Assembly (NCBI GenBank): GCA_963726335.1
Contig: CAVSCD010000015.1
Location: forward strand, 203,790 to 267,789
Direction: 5' to 3'
DNA: 64,000 nt
Source: Candidatus Aminicenantes bacterium
GTDB taxonomy: Bacteria; Acidobacteriota; Aminicenantia; Aminicenantales; UBA8522
Shown here: positions 44,663 through 54,131 of the stretch, piece by piece
How the letters are laid out: every line of letters begins with the position of its first letter
Numbering within the stretch: the stretch's first letter is position 1
Notes under the pieces: generated by a model
The model's database searches: none
What the model was told of the DNA's origin: nothing
What the model saw: only the letters and a program-made list of their open reading frames with translations
Translations under genes and position numbers: made by a program

Positions 44663-46771
44663 ATGAGCCGATCGTCGAGTTCCAAACTGGGCGGGCGGCT
44701 CCGCCGCGGCCTGGTCATCGGCCTTCTGGCCGCGGCCTTGGGGTATGCGGTCTACGAATCCAAACTGGCCCGGCCGTGGGAATGGAAATCCTGGGACCTC
44801 AGGCTCAGCCTTCTCGCTCAGCCGTCCCGCGCCAGCCGGGACATCGTGATCCTGCTCGTCGACCAGCAGAGCCTCGACGCCTACGAGTCGCAGCAGGGCC
44901 TGTCCTGGCCATGGCCGAGGCAGCTCTATTCGGCAGTCCTGGATTATCTTCGCGCGGGCGGCGCCCGGGCCGTCTTTTTCGACCTCCTGTTCACCGAGAG
45001 CTCGCGCTCGGGAGTCGAGGACGATGAGGATTTCGCGCGGGCCATGGAGCGGTCGGGGAACGTCTTTCTGCCGCTATCGCTGAGCCAGTCGGAGGATTCT
45101 CTGGCCGAGGTCCCGGGCGTCCGGCTCGAGCGCTTTTCGATCCCCGCGCCGGGCGGACTGAAGGCGCTGTTCCCCGTGGCGAGGTCGGCGACGCTTCCCG
45201 TCGACGTTTTGCTCCACGCGGCCAGCGGGGCGGGCAATGTCCTCTTCCCGGCCGACGGCGACGGCATTTTCCGCCGCCTGCCCATGGCTGTTTTTTATCA
45301 GGGGAGCCTCATCCCGTCGGCGCCGCTCGTGCTGGCCGCCCCCTCGAAGAGCGGTAACGTTCTCGACGGCATACCCCTCGACGGCGAAGGCCGGGCCATC
45401 ATCCGGTATCACGGCGGCGCCGGCACCTACACGTCCTATTCCGTCGCGGCCGTCATCAATTCGTGGGCGCAGCTGGAGGAGGGGCAAGCGCCCCAGGTCC
45501 CGCCGGCCGAGTTCGCCGGGAAGACCGTCCTTGTCGGCGGCAGCGCACCCGGCATTCTCGACCTCCGGCCCACGCCGCTCGACGCCGTCTATCCGGGCGT
45601 CGAGATCCAGGCCACGGTCCTCGACAACATCCTGGCCAAGGACTTTATCCGCGCCCAGCCGCGCGCGTCCGTGATCGGGTTTCTGCTTGTTTTCTCGCTG
45701 CTGACGGCCGCCGGCGCGTCCGCTCTGAGAAAGGTCGGGCACCAGGGCCTGTTCTTCTTCGTGTCTGCCGGCCTGCCCGTCGCCGCCGCCGGAATCGGGT
45801 TTCAGGCCGGGCGCTGGGTCGAGCTTGTCGTTCCCGAGATCGCCGTCGTCTCGGCCTTTGTGGCCGCGGCCCTATTGAACTACGGCGTCGAGGGGAAGCA
45901 GCGGCGGTTCATCAAGGGCGTCTTCCGCCACTACCTGAGTCCTGACGTGATCGAGCGGATCATCGAGAACCCCAAGCTTCTGAGCCTGGGCGGCGAGAAG
46001 CGCGAGATCACTTCGTTTTTCTCCGACCTGGCCGGGTTCACGTCGATCTCGGAGCGCCTCTCGCCCGAAGATCTGGTTGCGCTCCTCAACGCCTTCCTTT
46101 CCGAGATGACCGACATCATCCTGGCAAACGGCGGCACGCTCGACAAGTACGAAGGCGACGCCATCATCGCCTTCTGGAATGCGCCGCTCGACCAGACAGA
46201 CCACGCTCTCCGGGCTTGCCGCGCCGCGGTCGAATGCCAGAATCGGCTGGCCGAGCTCGGTCCCCTGTGGGCCGGGAAGGCCGGGCGGCCGCTCACGATG
46301 CGCGTCGGCCTGAATTCCGGGCCCGCCGTCGTCGGCAACATGGGGTCGACCCGGCGGTTCGACTACACGGCGATGGGCGATACGATCAACCTGGCCTCGA
46401 GGCTCGAGGGCGCCTGCAAGCTCTACGGCGTCCAGGTCCTGGCCGGCGAGGAGACCTACGCAAAGGTCGGCGACGAGATGGCGGCCCGGCTCGTCGACAG
46501 GGTCCGGGTCGTCGGGAAAAAGCTGCCGGTCTCGATCTACGAGATCGCCGGCCGGCGGGAAGCGCTCGGGTCCGCCGTCACGGAGAAGCTAGCGGTCTTC
46601 GAGCGGGCGCGCCAGGCTTTCCTGCGCAGGGAGTGGGCCGCGGCCGGTTCGCTTTTTGCGTCGCTCGAAGGGGACGGGCCCGCCGGGGTTTATGTCGAGC
46701 GGTGCCGCCTGTTCCAGGATTCGCCGCCGCCCGGCGACTGGGACGGAGTCTTCGACTTGAAACAAAAATAG
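44663..46771 (+). CDS. CHASE2-sensor class III adenylate/guanylate cyclase
   Basis: N-terminal TM, a ~300-aa periplasmic region, three TM segments, then the cyclase domain (ITSFFSDLAGFTSISE, KYEGDAIIAFWNAP, GDTINLASRLEG). Confidence 0.85.
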   Translation: MSRSSSSKLGGRLRRGLVIGLLAAALGYAVYESKLARPWEWKSWDLRLSLLAQPSRASRDIVILLVDQQSLDAYESQQGLSWPWPRQLYSAVLDYLRAGGARAVFFDLLFTESSRSGVEDDEDFARAMERSGNVFLPLSLSQSEDSLAEVPGVRLERFSIPAPGGLKALFPVARSATLPVDVLLHAASGAGNVLFPADGDGIFRRLPMAVFYQGSLIPSAPLVLAAPSKSGNVLDGIPLDGEGRAIIRYHGGAGTYTSYSVAAVINSWAQLEEGQAPQVPPAEFAGKTVLVGGSAPGILDLRPTPLDAVYPGVEIQATVLDNILAKDFIRAQPRASVIGFLLVFSLLTAAGASALRKVGHQGLFFFVSAGLPVAAAGIGFQAGRWVELVVPEIAVVSAFVAAALLNYGVEGKQRRFIKGVFRHYLSPDVIERIIENPKLLSLGGEKREITSFFSDLAGFTSISERLSPEDLVALLNAFLSEMTDIILANGGTLDKYEGDAIIAFWNAPLDQTDHALRACRAAVECQNRLAELGPLWAGKAGRPLTMRVGLNSGPAVVGNMGSTRRFDYTAMGDTINLASRLEGACKLYGVQVLAGEETYAKVGDEMAARLVDRVRVVGKKLPVSIYEIAGRREALGSAVTEKLAVFERARQAFLRREWAAAGSLFASLEGDGPAGVYVERCRLFQDSPPPGDWDGVFDLKQK

Positions 46772-46784
46772 GGGTCAAACGATA

Positions 46785-47605
46785 ATGGACATCGAATTCT
46801 GGGGCGTCCGGGGAACGACGCCGGTCTCGGGGAAGGACAGGCAGAAGTACGGGGGAGCGACGCCGTGCGCCTCGGTCGTTTCGTCCGCAGGGGACATCGT
46901 CATCGTTGACGCCGGGACCGGGATAAAGAGGCTCGGAGAGAGCCTGATGACGCGGCCGCGCGACGGAAAATTGCGCCTGCATATTCTGCTCACCCACTTC
47001 CACCTCGATCACGTCCTCGGGCTGCCGTTTTTCGCGCCGCTCTACGCCGCCGGGGCCGCCATCACTTTCTATTCGCCGCTGTCGCCTTCCGATACCGAAA
47101 AACAGCTGCGCGGTCTCATGTCGGGGCGATACTTTCCCGTGGACTTCAAGGAAACCGCCTCGGCCAAGAAATACGTCAGGGTCGAACAGGATCCCCTGAC
47201 GATCGGGAAGTTCGAGATCTCCGGCTGCCCGCTTAACCATCCCCAGGGGAGCTTCGGCTACCGGATCGCCGACCGGAGCGGGAGCATCGTTTTCGCCACG
47301 GACACCGAGCCCCCCGAGGCCGGCCTGGACGAGCGGTTGGCCGGGTTTATCCGGGGCGCGGATTTTTTGTCTGCGACGCCACCTTCACTCCGGAGGAATA
47401 CACGACGCGCCAGGGATGGGGACACAGCACCTGGCTTGACGGCGTCCGGCTGGCGCGCCGCGCCGAAGTGCCGAACCTTTTGCTCTCCCACTTCAGCCCC
47501 GACCATGCCGACCCGCAGATCGATGACCTGGCGAGGCGGGCGAAGCGGGAGTTCCGGGGCGCGCGGGCGGCCCGCGAAGGGCTCTGCCTCACCACGCGGT
47601 CATGA
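46785..47605 (+). CDS. MBL-fold metallo-hydrolase (candidate phosphodiesterase); one frameshift as assembled
   Basis: HFHLDH motif. After a T6 run at 47363..47368 the protein continues sensibly only in another frame (VCDATFTPEEYTTRQGWGHSTWLDGVRLARRAEVPNLLLSHFSP... stop at 47603..47605). The called frame becomes R/P/G-rich instead. Confidence 0.75.
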
Positions 47606-47638
47606 CCCCGAGATGATCATGAGAAAGGACAAAGGACG

Positions 47639-49258
47639 ATGAACGCTACGACCACAACGCCGGCCGCTTCCTATATCGAATTCCTCGTCGCGGCGGGGGC
47701 CCTCGCCGCCGGGTTATTGGTCTTTTTCCTCTGGCGCGGCCTCCTGAAGCGGGCGAGGTTGGGGGCGGCCCGTCCGGCTGTCGACTTCATCATGCACATC
47801 AGCCTGCCCGCCATCCTGCTTGTCGCGGCCCTCGCCCTTAAGCTGAAATATTGGGCGACGGCGTTCAGCCTCGGCCCGCGTTTTGCGGGGTATGTCAACG
47901 CGGCGATCGTCTTTCTGGTTATCGTGCTTGTGATCCGGACCGTCGACGCCTGGCTTGTTTACCGGTTCGAGCGCCGCCGCCGGCCGTTCCCCGTGCCGGG
48001 CGTGCTCCGCGGCTTTTTCCTCGTCGTGATCTACCTCGTCGTGCTGTTCATCGTGCTCAAAGGCGTCCTGGGGATAAACATCACGCCGTTCCTCGCGACC
48101 TCGGCCATCTTCACGGCGATCATCGGCTTGGCGCTCCAAGGCGTGCTGGGCAACGTCCTGGCCGGGATCTCGCTGAACCTGACGAAATCGTTCAGCCGGG
48201 GCGACTGGGTCGGTATCGGACCCCACGAGGGGGTCGTCATGGACACGAACTGGCGGGAGACCCTCATCCTCGACCGGGCCTCGAACGTCGTCGTCATCCC
48301 GAACAACGCCGCGGCCTCGGAGAAGATCGTCAATTTCTCCCGGCCCGACCTGAAAACAGCCCTGAACATCCCTCTCATGGTGAGCTACAGCGCGCCCGTG
48401 ACCGAGGTCCTGGCTATCTTGAAGGAGGCTGCGCGCGAGGTTCCCGAGGTCCTTTCCACCCCGGCTCCCGTGGCCTATGTCCTGAGCTATGACAACTTGG
48501 GCATCTCCTATCTCATAAAATTCTGGGTGACGGATTACAGCCGGAAGTTCTCCATCCGGGGCGACGTCGCCCGGCACATCTGGTACAAATTCCGGCGGAG
48601 CCACATCGAAATACCTGTCGCGCTGACCGAGGCGGTGAAGCAGGCCATCGGCGGGATCAAGGCCGGAGAGGAGCCGGGGACCGAGGGCCGGGCCGGCGAG
48701 ACTTTCGGAGCTCTTATGGGATCGCAGCTTTTCCGCGTCATCGAAGGCGAGGGAGCGGGCGAGCGTGTTGTCTCGGCGGAAGACGTGCGCCTTCTCGCGG
48801 ACCTCGTGAAGCGCCGCGTCTACACCAAAGGCGAGGTGGTCTTCCGGCAGGGGGATAGGGGAGAGAGCTGTTACGTCGTGGCGTCCGGCCTGATCCGCGG
48901 CGAAGTCATTTACGAGGAGGGCGGCAAGAAGTTCACCTCGGAGTTCAAGACTGGGGCCGGCGGCCTGTTCGGCGAGATGTCGCTTTTTACGGGATTGCCC
49001 CGGACGGCGACCGGGATCGTCGAGGAACAGGCCGAGCTCCTGGAGATCACGGCGGCGGATTTCGCGCGGCTTCTCGACCGGAATCCCGGGATCGGCGAGT
49101 CCATCGCCGGCCTGGTGAGCGAGCGCAACCGGAAGAACGCCGAGTTCCTGGGCAAGATAAAAGAACTCTCGGCCAAAGACGTCGAGGACAGCGGGAATAA
49201 AAACTGGATCCTGGCGCGTCTCAAGAAGCTGGCCTCTCTATTCCGCCAGCCCAATTGA
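47639..49258 (+). CDS. MscS-family mechanosensitive channel fused to a C-terminal cyclic-nucleotide-binding domain
   Basis: TM helices plus an MscS beta-domain (GDWVGIGPHEGVVMDTNWRETLILDRASNVVVIPNN), then a cNMP-binding fold (VVFRQGDRGESCYVVASG ... FGEMSLFTGLPRTATG). Confidence 0.85.
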   Translation: MNATTTTPAASYIEFLVAAGALAAGLLVFFLWRGLLKRARLGAARPAVDFIMHISLPAILLVAALALKLKYWATAFSLGPRFAGYVNAAIVFLVIVLVIRTVDAWLVYRFERRRRPFPVPGVLRGFFLVVIYLVVLFIVLKGVLGINITPFLATSAIFTAIIGLALQGVLGNVLAGISLNLTKSFSRGDWVGIGPHEGVVMDTNWRETLILDRASNVVVIPNNAAASEKIVNFSRPDLKTALNIPLMVSYSAPVTEVLAILKEAAREVPEVLSTPAPVAYVLSYDNLGISYLIKFWVTDYSRKFSIRGDVARHIWYKFRRSHIEIPVALTEAVKQAIGGIKAGEEPGTEGRAGETFGALMGSQLFRVIEGEGAGERVVSAEDVRLLADLVKRRVYTKGEVVFRQGDRGESCYVVASGLIRGEVIYEEGGKKFTSEFKTGAGGLFGEMSLFTGLPRTATGIVEEQAELLEITAADFARLLDRNPGIGESIAGLVSERNRKNAEFLGKIKELSAKDVEDSGNKNWILARLKKLASLFRQPN

Positions 49259-49376
49259 AAAAAGGGGACGGTCCTATTTTTCATTTCCGCCAAGAGACAA
49301 CCTATAAAGCTTACGAAAAACAGGACCGTCCCCTTTTTCACGTAAGGCTTTCGAAAAATAAAACCGTCCCCTTTTT
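49258..49376. repeat. three copies of a GGGGACGGT / ACCGTCCCC motif flanked by A/T runs (long-loop hairpin plus an extra half-site)
   Basis: AAAAAGGGGACGGTCCT (within 49258..49275) is the perfect reverse complement of AGGACCGTCCCCTTTTT (49322..49338), with a 46-nt spacer. A third copy, ACCGTCCCCTTTTT, sits at 49363..49376. Confidence 0.7.
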
Positions 49377-49532
49377 CCCCCGAATAAAGGAATTCGGGAG
49401 AAGATTGGTGACATGTTCCAATTTTCTGAAATTGGTACGTGTCACCGATCTTTCCTAAATTGAATTGCCCCTGTGTTTAGGCTATATTAGGTCCGCGCAA
49501 ACGCCGGCGGTGACGATCGTTCCGCCGCAGGT

Positions 49533-49607
49533 GCCCCTGTAGCTCAGTATGGATAGAGCAATGGATTCCTAATCCATGTGTCGCCTGTTCGAGTCAGGCC
49601 AGGGGCA
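49533..49607 (+). tRNA. tRNA-Arg (anticodon CCT)
   Basis: Hand-folded cloverleaf: acceptor GCCCCTG/CAGGGGC, D stem GCTC/GAGC, anticodon stem ATGGA/TCCAT with loop TTCCTAA, T stem GCCTG/CAGGC with loop TTCGAGT, discriminator A. 75 nt, and CCA is not encoded. Confidence 0.9.
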
Positions 49608-49617
49608 CTCTTTCTTG

Positions 49618-50801
49618 TCAATGAATCGGGAGCCTGGGCGCCTGAGACAATAGCTCCGATGTGATCTTGAGCACGCGCTCCTCGATCGATAGAGGCTCTT
49701 TCCGGGAAAGTTCTTCAAGCCATTGGTCCTTGCAGGAGCACTCCACCGGCTCCAGTTTCTTCAGGTCAAAATGAGAACAGTACTGATTCAGGATCAGGTC
49801 CGTGACCTGAGGGCTGCATCGATCGCAGTTATGCGGGACCTCTTTGACGTCCGCGATATATCGGAAAGGGCTGATGAATGGTTTCGCATAGGGCGTCACC
49901 TGCCTCAGTATTTCGAGGATGCTCCATAGCCAGGGTGTCCGGTAATATCCCCTTTTGTGAAGCTCGTGGATCAGCGTGTCTTCCTGGATGGTCATGGCTT
50001 CGTAATGGATATCATCGATCCCCAGGTCGTGCAGATACTTCACCGTCGACACGGCATCAGTCGATGGCTTCCCGCTCGTTGAGAAAGGGCGGCTTGATCA
50101 GCACGTAAATCCGCTGGATGATCCCGAGGGAGGGACCTGACGCGACGTATTCTTCAAAAGCCTGTCGACTGAGGCCTTTATGGATGCAGACCTCACGAAC
50201 GGTATCGTTGCTGCTTTCCAGTCCGGTGCTGATGACCAGTTCTTTGTCCGGAACCAGGCTTCTGAGCCGCCTCACTTTTTCCTTTGGACACGTATTCCAG
50301 CCGGCTTTCGAGGACGATCTGCTTCAAGGTCTCCGACCGGGAGAGCATGGCAAAGATCGCTTCCAAGGCTTCGAACGGGACCTCCTCGTCATTCAGAACC
50401 GAGCCGGCGTTATAAAAACATAAGATGGGATACTGGCTCAGATCGATCTTCGAGGACGCCCGCTTGAACTGCTCGATAAAATCCGGTACCCCGATGACTT
50501 CGTGAAACTGTGATGTTTCGTTCCAGAATCCGCACATCGCGCAGCCGCCGGTCTTCTTCCAACTGCAGCCGTTGGAGCGGAAGTGAATGACCAATCTCGG
50601 GACCGGGCGGCCGCCCAGATGTCCGATCCGATAATCGATTTTAGCGGGTTCATCCGGCCGGAAAGCCTTCTGCGGAGACCTTCGGTTGAGGTCCTTTAGA
50701 ACTTTCTGCAATTGCCAAATGGCTGTCGAGGCATTGGACCGTTCTCTTAATATTTTCCATTTCTTGCTCCCGTAACGGCCGGTCAATAATGAAAGCGACA
50801 T
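49618..50801 (-). CDS. radical SAM enzyme of the TIGR01210/COG1244 (RaSEA-like) family; two frameshifts as assembled
   Basis: Three consecutive ORF fragments (50193..50801, 50057..50275, 49618..50052) read as one protein. The sequence runs SNGCSWKKTGGCAMCG cluster motif, then IVLESRLEYV..., VISTGLESSNDTVRE, YVLIKPPFLNEREAID, then DAVSTVKYLHDLGIDD. The shifts are at the T5 run 50276..50280 and near 50053..50058, where an extra base creates an in-frame TGA. Confidence 0.65.
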
Positions 50802-50825
50802 CGTCTTCTCGATCTGCTCGGGTTC

Positions 50826-52166
50826 CTAGAGGGTGACCTCGGAGACCTCGTAACGGTGCTTCCCGGAAGGACCGGGGACGATCTTTTCGACGAACTCGAA
50901 GATCACTTCAGAATCGTCTCCCATGATCAGTCTCGTTTTTGCCGCGATCTCGTTCAGTTCGCCGGGCGGAGCGGCAGATCCCGATAGGACGATCCTAAAA
51001 ACAAGACACTTGACGCTTTTCTGAATGATCTGGAATTTCAAGATCCAGTTTCTTGACGAGAGAAAAGAAGCAAAGAACCCCGGGTAGACAAGTGCGCCGT
51101 CCCGGGTTATAAAGGTGTCCGTGATCCTGCCGAAGACCTGTTGCAACACCTGTCCGTTCCCCCTCTGCCCCCCAGTCTTCTTTGGGCATAGAATGCCGAT
51201 GTCGCCGATCTTGTACCGGACCAGAGGCATGGCATAATTTGTCAACGAAGTGACCAGTATCTCCCCTTGGGCGCCATCCGGCATCGGCTGGCCTGCGCTA
51301 TCGACGATCTCAATATGGCAGCCCCAAGGTGCGACCCAAAGCCCTTCATAGCCAGGGCGCTCGCCGGCGATAGCTCCCACTTCTCTAGATCCGTATCGGT
51401 TGAATACCCGACAGCGGAAGACCCGCGCGATGGTCTCCCTCATGAAAGGATAGAGCGTTTCCGCCGAAGTGATGATCGCTTCCTGCGGCCTGACTTCCAG
51501 ACCCTCACGCTCGCAGTATCTCGCCACGTCGTAGAGTGACTGAGCATAGGCGACGATCAGCTTGGGTCGTTGAGCATTGATCAGAGCGATAAAATCAAAT
51601 ATCCGTTTCCGGTCCAGATTAAAAGCATTCACCAGCGTCACATTGAGGATGTCGTTAAGAAGGCGGGCTCCCCATTTCTCATGCCCATGAATAATATCCC
51701 GCTCCGAACCCCAAAGCCTAACCTGGCGGCCGGCGATTTCACAACCGGCCCAGAGAGAATAAAGAAACGAAATGGCCGCCGTCCGCGCCTCACCCTCGAA
51801 GTCCCGGATGATCCGGACCGGTTCACCTGTCGAACCGCCGGACGAGCTCAGATGCCATTTATGCGTGCCGAGTTCGACAGATTTCAAGTCATCGAAACGA
51901 TTCCGAATGATCTCTTTGGTCAGGATGGGAAGACGTCGGAGATAGCTCTCGGGATCATCATCGAAATAGCCACCGATACCGCGCATAACCTCGGCATAAT
52001 AGGGCACGGACCGTTTGCAGTATGCCAGCAAATCGACAAGCAGCCTCTTGGTGGTATCAGGAGGAATGCCGTCCCGGTCCTCCTGCAAGAAACGTCGAAA
52101 GTATCTGCCCTCGGGCAAACCCCTTAGACTCTCCAGGAAAAAATAGGCCGCCCGGCGAGGATTCAT
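50826..52166 (-). CDS. adenylate-forming ligase of the PaaK/CapK/F390-synthetase family
   Basis: 446 aa with SSGGSTGEP (AMP-binding P-loop equivalent) and PaaK-like length and order. It lies 24 nt upstream of the radical SAM gene. Confidence 0.7.
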   Translation of the reverse strand: MNPRRAAYFFLESLRGLPEGRYFRRFLQEDRDGIPPDTTKRLLVDLLAYCKRSVPYYAEVMRGIGGYFDDDPESYLRRLPILTKEIIRNRFDDLKSVELGTHKWHLSSSGGSTGEPVRIIRDFEGEARTAAISFLYSLWAGCEIAGRQVRLWGSERDIIHGHEKWGARLLNDILNVTLVNAFNLDRKRIFDFIALINAQRPKLIVAYAQSLYDVARYCEREGLEVRPQEAIITSAETLYPFMRETIARVFRCRVFNRYGSREVGAIAGERPGYEGLWVAPWGCHIEIVDSAGQPMPDGAQGEILVTSLTNYAMPLVRYKIGDIGILCPKKTGGQRGNGQVLQQVFGRITDTFITRDGALVYPGFFASFLSSRNWILKFQIIQKSVKCLVFRIVLSGSAAPPGELNEIAAKTRLIMGDDSEVIFEFVEKIVPGPSGKHRYEVSEVTL

Positions 52167-52453
52167 GTCATTTATGCCTATTGACGGTGTCTTAATGTTA
52201 TGCGTCGAAACTTGTGGGAATATGAACGATTTTTATACCAATACATTAGGCTTGGCCCCGCTTCATTGGACTTATGCTACTGATAATAATGGGGAATGTC
52301 AAGCACATTCTGAGAATTCCAGGGATTTGCCTGTGCCGGCCGTCCGGCTCAAAAGTTGCTGTCAGTTAATTTGCCAGATCGGTTGCCATCGATTAGACTG
52401 ATCGGTGGCAATATCCGAAAAAACTGAGTCCGGGACGTACAGGAGGTACGAGA

Positions 52454-52930
52454 ATGCCGAAAGCGCTGGTTTGCTATTATTCCGTGACGCATAACACCGA
52501 GAAGATGGCCGTCCGGATCGCCGACGTCCTGCGGGCCGAAGGCCTCGACGCGGACGTCAAGAAGGTGGAAGACACCGGGGTCGACGAGCTCCTGAACTAT
52601 GACTGCCTGATCTTCGGGTCTCCGACCTACTACGGCTCGATGGCCTGGCCCCTCAAGAAGCTCATCGACGAGAGCGTCAAATTCCACGGCCAGCTCCGGG
52701 GAAAAGTCGGGGGCGCCTTCGCTTCCTCGGCCAACATCGGCGGCGGCAACGAAACGACGATCCTCGACATCCTGAATGCCCTGCTCATCCACGGCATGGT
52801 CGTCCGGGGCGATCACCGGTATGACCATTACGGGCCGGTGTCGATCGGCCGGCCCGACAAGCGCGCCCTGACCTGCTGTGAAAGCTACGCTAAAAACGTC
52901 GCCGCCCTGGCAAAAAAGCTATTCCCTTGA
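52454..52930 (+). CDS. flavodoxin-fold protein (WrbA/flavodoxin-like)
   Basis: 158 aa with KALVCYYSVTHNTEKMA and LIFGSPTYYGSMAWPLK, typical of FMN-binding flavodoxin-like proteins. AGGAGG RBS. Confidence 0.7.
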   Translation: MPKALVCYYSVTHNTEKMAVRIADVLRAEGLDADVKKVEDTGVDELLNYDCLIFGSPTYYGSMAWPLKKLIDESVKFHGQLRGKVGGAFASSANIGGGNETTILDILNALLIHGMVVRGDHRYDHYGPVSIGRPDKRALTCCESYAKNVAALAKKLFP

Positions 52931-52965
52931 CGGGCCGGAAAGTCTCTCCTCACGGCTCAATTGAA

Positions 52966-53045
52966 GCCGGAAAATCCGTGGGACAGGATCCCTTTTCGGA
53001 GAAAAGGGTCATGTCCCGGTTTTCCGGCCGCTCCAGTTGGTTTTT
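52966..53045 (+). terminator. long imperfect hairpin after the flavodoxin gene (terminator candidate)
   Basis: GCCGGAAAATCCGTGGGACAGGATCCCTTTTC (52966..52997), GGA loop, GAAAAGGGTCATGTCCCGGTTTTCCGGC (53001..53028). The inner stem is followed by GGTTTTCC, and a further T5 run sits at 53041..53045. Confidence 0.45.
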
Positions 53046-53098
53046 CCCCAGATTTGTGGTAGAAATAGTGCCCTCATAAGACCGATCAGGAGCCACGG

Positions 53099-54069
<971 letters not shown>

Positions 54070-54131
54070 TCTTCAGCTCCTGTCGATCCTGAAAGGATAG
54101 AGTCCGCGGCGCGTCCCGAGCGATCTCCGAC

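Noticed and set aside
47363-47642. Reading the called 285-aa MBL ORF as a genuine divergent C-terminus
   Set aside because: After the T6 run the called frame becomes R/P/G/A-rich. The alternative frame gives MBL-typical sequence (GWGHST, LLLSHFSP) and a stop at 47603..47605, so the called tail is a frameshift artefact.
49255-49458. 67-aa ORF (MKKGDGPIFHF...) between the channel gene and the tRNA
   Set aside because: It is read straight through the GGGGACGGT/ACCGTCCCC repeat copies, which is why GDGP, DRPLF and KTVPFF recur. It has no RBS, and the region is better explained as a structured non-coding spacer.
49533-52453. tRNA-targeted integrative element or genomic island
   Set aside because: Low GC and the exact abutment to the tRNA 3' end fit. 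However, I found no integrase, excisionase or mobility gene, and no direct repeat of the tRNA 3' end at the right border. I report it only as a compositionally foreign islet.
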